Source: Asterias amurensis
Lineage: Eukaryota
Length of the DNA stretch: 64,000 bases
Direction: 5' to 3'
NCBI RefSeq assembly: GCF_032118995.1
Contig: NC_092661.1
Span: 18,237,185 to 18,301,184, forward strand
Below the pieces are notes generated by a model. It was not told the origin of the DNA and ran no database searches. It saw only the letters and a list, made by a program, of their open reading frames with translations. The translations under genes were made by a program, and so were the position numbers. Of the stretch, positions 33,537-46,858 are shown in pieces (within the stretch, counting starts at the first letter, position 1; the number at the start of each line of letters is the position of its first letter).

Positions 33537-36500
33537 CATTGATTTAATAAGCCTAACAAAACAATTTCAACACAATTGCTTTTTCCTGAGTATGAAAAAA
33601 AAGAAATATGCATCCTATGTTTAAACACAAATTAATATACTGCAACCATGGGCATATGGGGAATTTGGTTAAAACATAAGAACTAAATTTTAGTAACAGG
33701 TAAATAGTATTTGTTGCTTTCTCTGTCAAATATTTTTCTTCTTGCTATGCCCAGAATTCCCCAAATGATTTGCTCAAATTTGGGGCAGGACAGTTCCCCC
33801 CTGCCCCCTGAGTTTATACTCCTATAAATGTAACTAAAAAGTTTGGAGGAAGGGGAAGGAAAACAAACATGGGCAACAAAAATGTTAATGAGAATAAACA
33901 AAAGGACAAAACACTACTTGTTTATTGATATTTTACTAGTTAGTTTTTTTAAAACAGTTAATATTAAAAATTATCTTGTCTTTGAGTATTTCAACCTCCC
34001 TATAACTTTAACAAGAAAGAAAAGGCTTAACGATGTGACTGTGGGGAATTTGTTTTCAAAGGATACTTAACACTGGCAATTTTAAACCATCACTCATCTA
34101 AAGACTTAACTGAATCGACCAACCGCAAAGCCAGACTGATTACAAAACCAAATGTTAGTTACTTAAAATATCAGTCAAAAGTCAGGAACCATACAATGGT
34201 ATGTTATGAAGCAAGGAGTTCACTCAAAGATCCTCTATGCTCAGTTGAGGAGTCTACCAAGACAGATATAAACCATCAGACTTGAAATCCACTGGGACAA
34301 TTTTGAGCTTATTGGTTAAGACATTTCTGTTCAGGAAAAAATATCATACACATGTTGGAAATACGTATGTAATGTGTAATCATCAAACCAGATCAAAATA
34401 CCTCTTTGGTAAAGTGTTACAGCGCCCTCTTTTGACATTAAGAAGACAGTGGATGATCTTGTCACAACTTCTTCATAATCTCAGTGAGTCCTGTTTGAAT
34501 TGAAGGCCATACCTAAACCTGATATGAGGGTTGTGGTAGTGGTATCATGCTTACAGAGACAGTCTAATCAATTAATCAAGTAAAGTTTGATCAATTAAAA
34601 CTGGTGCAACATGGTTCAATAATGCAACATCAGTGAAACCAAATAAAATCCCACATTTTGTTGTTTTAGTTTGGAGATAAATATTTTGAAATTCAATGTA
34701 TCAATATTGTGATGAAGACAATGTTCTACCAAAGAACAGCCAAGCAAACCCTCTCCATATAACTTAATCCAGGTTTCTGCACTTTGTAAATCAAAAAGAT
34801 TCTGCCCCTGACCCTATAAGAACCCCATGCCAATAAGATGAGATGTCCCTTCACGAGGCGAACCCAACTGCCAAAAGCTGTCTCGTCTGACGATACAGAT
34901 GGCACTGAGTGAGGACAGATGTTAAGAGTGAATCAGAGCAGGATACGAAGAATGAAACAATCGTTGTCTGCTATACATGTGGGTCAAGCGAGATATCCAA
35001 TTCATTCAGCTGATCAAACTTTTCAAAAAGGGGGCAGCAGGGCTGTTGGTTTGACAGAGGGGTGAACAATTTAGGGTAGGATTTCTAAGAAACAAATGTT
35101 CCAGTGAATTGCTTTAAGAAGGTTGCAGTACTTTCTTTCAGCGAAAATAACAAAATCAATCCCATTTTGTCCGCAGTTATTGATTCTTTTCTACAAATGA
35201 GCAAATCGTCAAGACATGGGGACAAATTAATTTGATATGCAGACAATTTCCATTCACACAATGGTTAATATGATATTTCAGACGATGTTCCAATACAATT
35301 CACTTTTACATTTCATTTCAAATCTTCCGTTTTGAAGCAGGTAAATGACAGCAATTCATTGAACCATGATCACTGAGTACACTTAAATCAATGACAAGTA
35401 TTCTGTTTCCTTATTGGTTGAGCTGAAGTAAGATTTATAAATATCCTCTGTAACAAAAACTAATAGTACGTCTGTTTTTGTAGACAGATCCAAATAACGC
35501 CTACACATGTGCCAGGGATGCCAGTCTACTATAACTCACTTTATTCTGTTCCAATAATTCTATTATAAGCTAATGAGCAGGTTATTGTGTCAGGATATCA
35601 TTAGCTTTGGGATATCATATCCCTTGATGAAAAATGTTTCAAAGAAATAAAGAAATTCAAAATCCACTAAAAATTATTAAAATCAATGGCAAATATATTT
35701 TAAAGTTTCATTTTGGGAGCAACATTTTTGGAGGCTTCAACAATTACCAAGAATCTTGGGCCATGGGTTCATGGAGGATTTTTGACTATTGAAAATGTCA
35801 CGTAAAGTATTTATGGATGTGATGAAAAATGACATACCATCACATTTCAACAACAGGATGCGTGTGCTTGCGTGTGGGAGACATTGTGGTGAAATTTTAA
35901 GGTTGATATGTATACTACAGCGGTTTGTATCTACCCACAGGCAAGTGTAGAATAGACTAAATGATTACAACAACAAAACTTATGAGTGTAATATTTCATA
36001 AAGTTCATTGACATAAATCATCATTTAAATGTAAGGTTACATATCTCGTCTGTCACACTTGTCTTAGTGGGACAAACTACAAGTTTGGGAAAAGTTTCCG
36101 CATGGCGCCACCACTTTTGCATTCGATTTGAAATAATATAGTATCTAATTTACCTCAATGAGATATCCCTTTATGTAAAAAATGAGTGAAAAAGTGGGAA
36201 AGTAATCCTTAATGTGATTTGAGTTTGATACAAGTCACACTCAAGAAAAGTAGATCCAGTTATTGTAGGAGAGAAAGAGAGAGAGGGATATTATTTTGTA
36301 CACTAGTAGACCAAAGTCTTCTGCAATTATATTGTTTTGATCATGGTTACATTACTATCAACTCCATATTTCACATTTGTAACAACTAGGATTTGAAACT
36401 CTGCTTAGTGGAAATACGATATAGTAAGGTTTGTGGTAACACCATGCAATGATAATCTCTAAATGAGTTGGGGTGGTTCTGAAAAGATGGGTCACTATGA

Positions 36501-36652
36501 ATCTCATCTGATTCCGAAAACCACAACAAATATTGATAAAGCCCTACATAGATTACTTTAATTTCTTATAACCTAGTTAATGTCCCCCAACTTTGTTATT
36601 AAGGATTCTTTCATTCATCTGCAATGTACAATATAAATAATGGATGATAATG

Positions 36653-37008
36653 TTTAAAGGCAGTGGACACTATTGGTAATTACTCAAAATAATTATTAGC
36701 ATAAAACTTTATTTGGTAACAAGTAATGGGGAGCTGTTGATAGTATAAAACACTGTGAGAAATGGCTCCCTCTGAAGTAACATAGTTTTTGAGAAAGAAG
36801 TAATTTTCTATGAATTTGATTTCGAGACAACAGATTTAAAATTTGAGGTCTCGAAATCAAGCATCTGAAAGCACACAACTTCGTGTGACAAGGGTGTTTT
36901 TTCTTTCATTGTTATCTCGCAACTTCGAAAAACCGACTGAGCTCAAATTTTCACAGGTTTGTTATTTTATGTCTGTGACAATTACCAATGGTGTCCAGTG
37001 TCTTTAAA
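36653..37008 (-). mobile_element. MITE family A, full copy (inverted orientation).
   Basis: Reverse-complement match to the copy at 10143, including TIRs. Confidence 0.85.
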
Positions 37009-39761
37009 GGTCTTTGATTTACCATGGAGCAGTTTGTTGCTCCATGGATTTACAGAGCCAATCTGATCAGCCTAGTTTAATACAATGAAGGCTTTGGGCA
37101 AACCACAACAATATGGTTTTAATTACATCATACCACAATCTAAGTGACAGGAACATGTGTACTGGTGACATTTCAATATAACAGTTCGAAGTCATTACCA
37201 AATTAAGTCTACTGGCTGCGGTGTAATACATCAACGACTAGAGGTTGAGTTGACGTGCAAGACCAATGACAAATTTGGCCATTGTGGAAGGAGCTTCATT
37301 AATGGAAAACTAGAATATATCTTTCACCAATACTAAATGTAGATCATGTTACTGGAAAAACATTCATTCAAAAGCAGTTAACAGCAAGTGTGCATAAGGA
37401 ATTTCCAATATTCAGACATAAACATTGTTATGTTAAAATGACAGGTACTGGAATTCAAATCTTGTAATTGCACATTTTTTTATTACAAAATGTACTTAGG
37501 TCTCAAAGTTGATTATAAATATGATATTGGTATAAGAAGATGACACACTAATAAGTTTCCTGGTGGTGTTTTTCCACCAACCACATGAAAAGAAGAACAA
37601 AAACCAAGGTTTAAGACAGCATTCAATGCACATTATAAATTGCACCATGGACCCATACGTACGTATAAGGGTTGGGTTACAAGACACATTATCCAGAAAC
37701 TCACTTCATGAATTACACTTCGAAAAGGAATAAAACTTGAAAAATTTAGAACAACCAAGGTATTGTTATTGCCGAGTTGTATGGTCTCCTTCCAAGAAAA
37801 ACAAGTGGCATTAATTCTTAAAAAAGAGATAAATAAAGTTGACTTTATGAGAGACAAAAATCCAAATGCTGAGTTGATGGCTAAAGATTGTGTTGTTGGT
37901 AAAACTTAATATAAAAATGCACACGTTTCCTAGTTACTGATCACAAAAGTCATCTATCTCTACTTATTCTAAATTTTCCAGCCAATCAACTTTGATTATG
38001 GCAAATTAATTAAACATCCGCCGTTGGGCAGACTAATTCTGTATTCTCATTGCGGGGGTACCGTACCCTAACATGCTACCTGGCTGGGTTCCAATCAGTT
38101 GAACATTGGAAGAAAAACTTAGGCGGCATGTCATTTGATATAGATGAAGAGTTTTTCAAATTGGATTTGAAATGTTCATCATGTTTTGAATGCATCACAA
38201 ACCCCAAACCAGAATTAAGAAAGATCCTTATTAAACAGGGAACATGCAGAGCCCTGGAATTGAATAGCTGTTTGTGATGAGTTGCTTAAATTACAGCTAA
38301 ATGAAAGGATAAACTGACTCCCTGAAAAAGGGGGTATTTGATCTCTTCAATCAGACGGTTATTTCCTGGTTTTAAAATAGATGCGGATGTAAGGGTTGGG
38401 TGCACTTTACTTATAAGATACTTTCGATCAGTTTTTACTCTGAAATACAATCAAACTGAGGTATAAAAAAACAGGAAGTCATGTTTGTAAAAAAAATTTG
38501 GTTAATTCAGTTTGTTTTATCAACATTTCAATTTAATGTGAAAGTTTCGTAGAAAAACGGCCTAGTCCAAAGGGAAACTAACAACAACTAACATTTGGGG
38601 GATAGAAATGGTAGAATGGTCATAATTAACAGCAAGGTTTCTGCACTTGTCTTACATTCAGTAGCAGAACAATTTCCATTTTACTTTAGATCGGTAACAA
38701 TTAGCTAGCTTCAGACAAAATCTTACATGGAACGATCATACCAGCTCTTATAACCATGACAACCAACACTGTCAATGTGCAATTACACCAACAAAACTCA
38801 GCTGGTGGATTCGTAAAAAAAACAGCGTCTAAAAACAGCCACACTACACAATGTTTTTGATGATTTCTGAGTCTAAAAATAAAACCTCAGCTTGTTAAGA
38901 ATAGCTCGGTCTCTTGTTATGAGCGCGCGATGACGCACACATGTCAATTAAGTGGCTATACCAATGTCATGTTCCACAATGGTGATCCATGTATCTTTGA
39001 GGATGTGTGGTATCAAATATACATCAGATGACAAATCAAATGATTATGTCTACAACCTGGAAGGGGGTGGAAGGATGGAGTGGTCTAATTTCCATTGCTA
39101 GTCTGTCGTCAACATCTTACTGAGCATATTGGTATGGGGGATGGAATCTATTTTTCTTTCTGCTTCCTGAGGAGGTTGTCACAGCATTAAGTATGATCCT
39201 TTAACAGGATCTTAAGAAGTAGGCCAAGGTCTAGGGGATGTGCAGCAGCCCATGGGGGACCGATGGGGGTGTAGGGTGATCCTAACCTGGTTTGGTCCAT
39301 CAAAGAGAAAGACCCAATCACATCTTTTGTGCATTAAACAAATATTATGCTTCACAGCTGGAATAAGCAAGGTTGCGAATAGAAGAAGATTTTGTTCAAC
39401 ATGTTCCTCACCAATCACATTTAACTACTAAGCTTCTCAGTCCGAGACATAAGTTGTAAATTCAAAACACATGGAAAAGATTTCCCTGAAATGATTCAAA
39501 TACAACAGGATTGTTATTTTTAATTTATTTTTTGGGTCAGCTTAGATTTTTTTATGAATATATTTTTGAAAATAATGTTGATATAGATATCACTTTATCT
39601 TTTATAGTGTGCTTGCATGTTTCTAATGGTCCTTGGATTTGTGAAAAACATTTTAAGATGCCTTTCTTTTTAGGTAGTAATTTGCCAATTCCACATTAAG
39701 TATATGATATAAAAGTACATAAAATCAGCTCTCAGATTTCAGTACCTTTATTATTTATACA

Positions 39762-39996
39762 GGGCCCATTTTCATGGATCTGCTAACCGCTGAATTCTGC
39801 ACTTACGATCACCATTCTCCGCTTGCCTGGCAAGCAGCGAATTTCTGTGCTAGTGTTATAAGCATTGAACGCCTAGTAACGCGGAGTACGCCTGTGTACA
39901 AGCCAAAATTTCCCGTGCTTGACGTAAGCACAGAATTCGCTGTTTCTGTAAGCACAGATTTTTTGCTTAAGGTAAGCAGAGCTATTAAATTGGGCC
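39762..39996. mobile_element. MITE family D-related. TIR GGGCCCATTTTCATGGATCTGCTAACC.
   Basis: TIR plus internal similarity (gaattctgcacttacgatc..., ggtaagcagagc) to the copy at 54287. Confidence 0.8.
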
Positions 39997-40692
39997 AGAT
40001 GTTGAAGCGAACTCAAATGGTTTAACCAAGCTACAAAAAAGAGGTCAGCTAAAGCCCATTGCTTTAAACCATGTTTAAACAAATTCCCTTTACTCATCAT
40101 TAAGTCATTCAACACCAGTTGCCTTCTCATGTTTTGTCACCTTGTCAACATTTAAGGTGCATCAGTGTATTTGACCACATCAAAATGCTTCTTGATCCTG
40201 ACATTTAGAAAGACTAACGGCCATACAACCTCTGAAGAAAGAAAAACTGGGCCAGCTACGTGCTGATCATGACTTCAATTTGGCAATTAGAGTAATTATC
40301 ACCCAGCATTTATATGACCCCTCAACGAGAACAGGTGCAATGGAGACACAACAATGTCAAGTGTACAAGATAGATTTGAACTATGGAGGAATCAAAAAGA
40401 TAATGCTAAATGATACACGGTGACTTGGATTTACTAAACGTGGCACTCTAAACAAGTAGCGTAGGATACTGCATCTTTGTTAAAGTGTGCGGTAGATGGC
40501 TAGCAACAATGATGGCTTTCCAACTATTGTAAAACAGATAGTTTGATAACACCACGCTGAACAATCAACATGATTATTTTGTTTCTGGGACTATTTTGAG
40601 TCAATTTCTAACAAGATTATTTCTGATTTCAAACATACTTCATTTAAAATTTCTAATGGAGCTATCTTTAAATCCGGGTTGAGCAAAGGGAA

Positions 40693-40830
40693 ACGGAATT
40701 TGAACCAACAGAGCTATCTAGGCCTAATGATGGCGGTCTGCCTATTTTGTTAATATCTTTTTTCTGGAGTGCCAGTCAAATACCACACATGTGGCCGGGA
40801 TCACACCCAAGTATATGATATAATCTTCGA
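40693..40830 (-). repeat. Family T copy with an internal deletion of the tRNA-like part, plus an extended shared body (gtgccagtc...gggatcacacccaagtata...).
   Basis: ggaatttgaacc|aacagagctatctaggcctaatgatggcggtctgcctattttgttaatatcttt. The tail matches 63430..63540. Confidence 0.55.
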
Positions 40831-41648
40831 GGCTGCAGCCAGGGGATTATTTAAAATATCGCGCAAAAAACAAGTAACTATCTTTAGTGAAGAATGCACC
40901 ATCTCAATTTCTTTTATATTTTCCAGTTGCACTGGAGGCTAATGCATGTTATGAATTCTGAGTTTCAACCACAATGTGTATATAGCCTACATATCATCTC
41001 CCCAAAGTTAAACAAACATAACATTCCTTTCAAGAAACATCTTTTATTTATTTAAAAAATGGTTGACTAATTTATTTATAAAGCAGATCTAGGAAAATTG
41101 ACTACATGTAACTCCAACCAAGAACCATCTGGCATCAAGCTCAAAGATAATACTTGGATGACAATTTTAAATGAATTATGACCCATACTGCTTGGCATGG
41201 CTCTAGAGCAGGTTAGTTTACTCCAAGAACTAGCAGTTTAGACGGGAAATCTAGAAATACAAGTAACTGTAACATAACACGGAAGAAACATTCGCTTCAT
41301 AGATTATGTATGAACAGTATGTATCTAGGTTTTAATTTAATGTTACTTTGAGGAATCCATCCCTGAAATCCACTTCCTATTTGATTTTTTTGATTTTATC
41401 AAACCTTATTAGATTTTGTCAATCAGACCTGAGCCATCCAAGACAATTTAATAAAAAAGTTATATTGGTAGTACTTGCGAGATCAAAAGCTCCCTATCCA
41501 CCCAACCCCCACCCTGAATATTTTGTCAAGTCGTTGTGTGAAAAATAAACAATAACAAATTATTAAATAAATTAAAAGTTCATGATTTTAAACTGTCAAA
41601 ATACAACCATTTGATAATTCACAAATAGAGACAATGCCTAAAAGTTCC

Positions 41649-42024
41649 CCTTAAAGCCAATGGACCCTTTCGGTAAACACTATTGTCCAAGGCCCAGCCT
41701 TCGTGTATCATAACTTATATATAAAATAACAAACCTGTGAAAATTTAGGCTCAATCGGTCATCAGAGTCTGGAGAAAATAACGGGAAAACCCACCCGTGT
41801 ATCCGCGCGTTTCGCCGTGTTATGACATGTGTTTAAAATAAATCCGTAATTCTCGCTAACGAGAATTGATATTGTTTTACTGTTTTCTCAAAAAGTAAAG
41901 CATTTCATGGAATAATATTTCAAGGGAAGTCTTTCACCACTACCTTCTGTAAATCCTGTAAGTTATTTGTAAATCTGTGAACTTTTTTTTTTTTTCTGTA
42001 CCGAAAGGGTCCAATGGCTTTAAA
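41649..42024 (+). mobile_element. MITE family C, full copy.
   Basis: Both TIRs present. About 90% identical by eye to 31366..31728. Confidence 0.85.
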
Positions 42025-42180
42025 AAACCTACAACAAAATTGCTTAAAACTTCCTCACGATTGACTAATCTCTCTCAGACTCTCAATCCCTAATACTACA
42101 AAGCCCTCCTCATTTAGTTTTTCTTGGCAGAGTTAAAATGTATATAAAATCATTCAGCAAAGAAATATTAACTAAGAGTA

Positions 42181-42246
42181 AGAGCGGGACGTGAACCTGG
42201 GACCTCCAGATTAACGTGCCAGTGCACTCCAAATGTTTGTCCGAGG
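42181..42246 (-). repeat. Family T fragment (anticodon/T-arm-like part only).
   Basis: Reverse complement ...gagtgcactggcacgttaatctggaggtcccaggttcacgtcccgctct matches the T1/T2 core. Confidence 0.5.
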
Positions 42247-44636
42247 TTTGACGTTCATTTTTTTTTGAACAAGGAATAGCAGAACAGTAACCAACAAATT
42301 TGGACTTAGGATTATATTCCCATGCACAAATTGGCGTGTTGGGCGGTGAAGCAAATTTGTAACTTTGATTTTGATTTTACATCAAATTCACAAAAATAGA
42401 AAACAATTGCAGATAAAAATGTTTCAGATTGCACAGTAGAAATTTACAAACCATTCCTTAGATCAAGTCAATAACATTCGGAGGACCAAACTTTGGTTCA
42501 GAACGCCGAACAGTTTTGAAACATTCTTGGGGGGACCCCAGCTGATTACTATTATATTTTATGACATCAGTTGAGGAATCTAGTCCAGATGATACTATAC
42601 AGACGGTGTCACGCTAGATGCTTTTTGCAATTAAAACATCTACCATGAGGTTCTCAAGCAAGGCTTCTTCATCTTCAAACTCATCAACTCAACATTAAAT
42701 TCCTGCATCGCCAACCACTGTGCCATGTTGATGACACCCATCAACTGAACGCCTGCCTGCTAACACTCCTGAACCGTGAAGGGTGAAACGCTGGCACAAA
42801 TATGCTTCGGAATTTGATCAAAGTTACGAGACTGAGGAGCTGTCATCTGGAATGTATCGACTGGAATCAATTATTGCCTGCCAAATTCATAGCATAGTCT
42901 GCAAAACTGGACATTTTAATATTTTTAAAGAGAGAAATTGAGTAGGAAATAATTAATTTACTTTGCCATACAACCCAGATTTTTAAATCAGTGATGCAGC
43001 CATCAGTATCTGTAATTTTTTGTAAACGCATAAACCCTTACTCAAAACTACACTTAATAAATCAATTATTTAGAGATGAAGAGTGAACAAGGTCATTACT
43101 GAATACAAAAGTACTGTACATTACAAGAGTTTAAGCAAAGACAAAAAGAACAGGCTAAGGTTTTCATCTCAACTCCTTTACTTTTAAATCAAAATGAATG
43201 TTTTGGCCCTGGTGGAAATAAGTTGTTTGACAGTAGGCTTTAACGGCTACTAGAAATTTGAAAGATACTGCATTGCCTGGTTTAAACAATTACCCCACAC
43301 ACTCAACCTATTATCAAAGTAACTTTCTGAAGAGTTGGGAATAAATCAGCCTTAAATTTGATTAAAATCTCAAAGGAAAGGTTGGTCAGCAATCTCCACA
43401 TGGACACTTTGGTTTAATGGTTTAAGACCGCAGTAATCTTGACATGGAGTCTGTTAGATGTAGAATGACATGCTGAAGTTGGATTTATTGCAGGAACAAT
43501 AATAGAGGTAGGTAGAACGTGTAAACAAAATAATGATCAAAGCAATGAAATAATAAATCTTCAACAACTGAAGAGAAGCATGGTGCTTATAGAAATAACA
43601 CAATTAGACATACATGCAATTGACATACATACACTGTACATCCCAAGGACATTCTTGCCTATGCAAATTAATATTTGAAAGAGTAAAAAAAAATTATAAG
43701 CAAAATCAATAATGATGAATGAATCATGAAATGCGTGGTTTTTGTGAAGTCGAATGCCCCAAAAAGACACACCGCTGTGCTCTCAAATTGTATTATGATC
43801 TGGGTGACACTTTCTTTGATCAAATTACTGCATTCTTCCCAATTTAATATGATTTGCTGACCTTTCTGAGTTCGTAGCAGACTGTGGTTGTGACAGTTGT
43901 TTGGGAAGTTGATGTTCAAGGAATTGAATAATACACATGACTTTATCAGGCACTATTTGATTTTTGACTGACTAATTCATTAAAATTTAAGAAGGACATA
44001 TCAACAACGGATGAATGCGATTGAAGTTAAAACTTACCTCCACTTGTGAGGAGTAAATCCTAGGCATCGATCCCCGCAGCTCAGACATGGCTGGCCCTTG
44101 TCTACCTCCTCATAGGGGAACACCTAATGCACAATTAAACAATATCAAAACCTTGTGTTAACAAAAGCAACAGGGTTGAGGTAATGTTACTCATTTATCT
44201 CTATAATGAATTCAAGAAACACTAATTAGCCAACAATTTGAGCGTATTTTCCCACAGTTTGAACATTATACCCAGCTTTTGCACAGGGAAACCCCCCCCC
44301 CCCCCCACCATTCAGTTCTTAAAGTATCCTTTGATAAAGCATTAAAAGCAAAGGATGTGCTGTGTCAGTGAAAGCAAACAGAAAGAAAAGCAAAAGTCGC
44401 TTGGAAATCAATGTATAATCTTTCTCCTCAGGGCGGTAGTCTAAAAACAAATTTGTTGAACTGGACTCAGAAATAAGGTTAGGAGAAAACGGATTTGATT
44501 TTCTATATCGAGCTCATACCCTACCAAACCAATCAGTCAATCTAAAGTTACCAGGAAACTGGTAACCCAATATGATTGTTTAATACCCACACCAAAAACA
44601 GGAAATCAATTTTGATATGTAATCTATTGTGGACAT

Positions 44637-45022
44637 TAAAGGCAGTGGACACTATTAATAATTACTCAAACAATTGTTAGCATAAAACCTTACTTGCTAA
44701 CGAGTAATGGGGAGAGGTTGATAGCATAAAACGTTGTGAGAAACAGCTCCTTCTGAGGTGACATAGTTTTTGAGAAAGAGGTAATTTTGCGCGAATTTGA
44801 TTTCGAGACCTCAGGTTTAGAATTTGAGGTCTCGAAATCAAGCATCTGAAAGCATTTAACTTCGTGTGACAAGGTGTTTTTGCCTTTCATTATTATCTCG
44901 CAACTTCGACGACCAATTGAGCTCAAATTTTCACAGGTCTGTTCTTTTATGCATATGTTGATATACACCAAGTGAGAAGACTGGTCTTTGACAATTATCA
45001 ATAGCTTCCAGGGTCTTTAAAA
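44637..45022 (-). mobile_element. MITE family A, full copy (inverted orientation).
   Basis: TIRs and the internal palindrome are conserved. Confidence 0.85.
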
Positions 45023-45595
45023 CTGTTCGCTTTTAAGTATCTAGGAAATATTTGTAACATCTCAGTGAAATCAAGCCAGTTATCCTGAGACATAAATGTC
45101 AGTTTCGCTAGTCTGGCATCTGTGCTACAGATGTGCTTGTCATTTCCAAGGATTTCTTTTTGATAGCCAGGTTGTGATTTGTAGGTGGTATTAACTAGAG
45201 AAGGAGTGAATGAATGTGAATAACACCATCTGAAGATATCAAGTATTTACATGGGTCACTTGAGTCTGAATACTACAGGCTAGCTAGGTCGGCAAAGGAC
45301 AACATTTTATTTTAAAATCTGAAAAAAGTACAGAGGGGATGACATTGTGTAGAAATAGACAAATTTAGAAATACAACATTCCTGTTCTAGAATGAAGTAT
45401 AGTCACGTAGTAGGGAAATTCTTCTACCTTTAAAGTCACCTGGAAGTGGTATTTTTTCAAAATAAAGCTTTTGTCACTAATATATGTGTTTTGATGAGTG
45501 GAATGTGAATAAGCAGTTAACTAAGGTTTTAAAAAATCAGTTCTTATGTTATTTACAAATTTAAGAGTAGACCCCGACCCGAGAGGGCGCTGTTT

Positions 45596-45819
45596 GTGAC
45601 TTTAATCGAGGCAGACTTTGCCTGTAATGCGTAGAGTAAACACAATTGCAAAGTACATGTATTTTTTATTTTTTTCCGGCAATGCCGACCAGGTGTATTG
45701 CTGCTGAATGCAGAAAAACACTTTTTGAAATGTACCAACTCACGACTTGGACGTACATGTACTTTGCATGTGTGTTTACTATACGCATTGCAGGCAAAGT
45801 CTGCCTCGATTGACGTCAC
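45596..45819. mobile_element. ~225-bp palindromic element (MITE-like hairpin). It carries a short ORF that begins with a THAP-like MPxxCxAxxC(K/R)K motif.
   Basis: Arms gtgactttaatcgaggcagactttgcctgtaatgcgtagagtaaacac... / ...gtgtttactatacgcattgcaggcaaagtctgcctcgattgacgtcac are reverse complements. ATG at 45682 encodes MPTRCIAAECRKTLFEMYQL... Confidence 0.6.
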
Positions 45820-46490
45820 AAAAGGGGTAGGCGGAGTCAGCCCCCCAAACAACTTTATATATTTTTTAAACATATAAATCGTGACAAACAATTACTAAAA
45901 AAATTGTTTTATTGTTCGTAAGCATATACTCTTATGTTTGAAAGAAAAAAATTCTATTTCCAGGTGACTTTAAATTATCTTTGTAATTTCTACATAATAA
46001 CAGAGACAATCAGGGGTGAGAGTCATTACTAATGAAAAAGTCTGAAACTTGGATACATATTCAAACGTATGTTGAAATGATGCAATTTCTATCATTTGGT
46101 AACCCCTGGGGTTATAAATTCCAAGGAGCTTTTGGAAACAGTATCTAAAGCACTAGAGAAGTAGACCAATGAGCAGGATTTCTTTATTTGTGGAACAAAT
46201 ATTGTCTGATATTCTTCACCAGGCCGACATAAAAAGTCTGAATTCAGCCAAAAGTCTGAACAATTTCATCCCTGAATAATATTGTCAAGTTTTCTTCCTC
46301 TATGAACAAATTTGAGCTACTTGCATTCAAATACCTATTTCTTCCCCAATTATTTTGCCTCTTTAAAATCTTTTTTTTCTTCTTTTCCTTCTCATATAAG
46401 CCTTTTTTTTTTTTCTTCTCTTTCTCACCATTCAAGGTTTAATTTGCTTTGAGGAAATCCAAGACCAAGTCTCAGATGACCATCAACTTA

Positions 46491-46858
46491 CAGGAACACA
46501 TTGCCTTGGATCGGTCGAGTTGGTCTTTGAAAAGCATTTTTACCCATTTGTTATAAAATGCATGGTTAGAAAGATGTTAAAAGTAGAATACAATGATCCA
46601 CACAAATTGCGTGGTTTTCCTTTTACTTTGCGAACTGACATGGTCGGCCATTTATGGGAGTCAAAAATTTGACTCCCATAAATGGCCGACCGTGTTAGTT
46701 GAAGAGGTAAACGGAAAACCACGCAATTTTGAGTGAAACTTGTGTGGATCATTTAATTCCATTTCAAAATATCTTTCTAGTCATATGCATTTCAACAAAC
46801 GGTTACAAACGCTTTTCAAAGACCAACTCGACCGATCCAAGGCAACGTGTTCCTTTAA
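46491..46858. mobile_element. MITE family B, full palindromic copy.
   Basis: TIR caggaacacattgcc / ggcaacgtgttcctttaa. Central palindrome identical to the copy at 25447. Confidence 0.85.

Noticed and set aside
33313-33624. 103-aa plus-strand ORF in the GC-rich core of element F1
   Set aside because: It lies entirely within a repeated TIR element. The second copy (53388-53712) does not conserve the frame.
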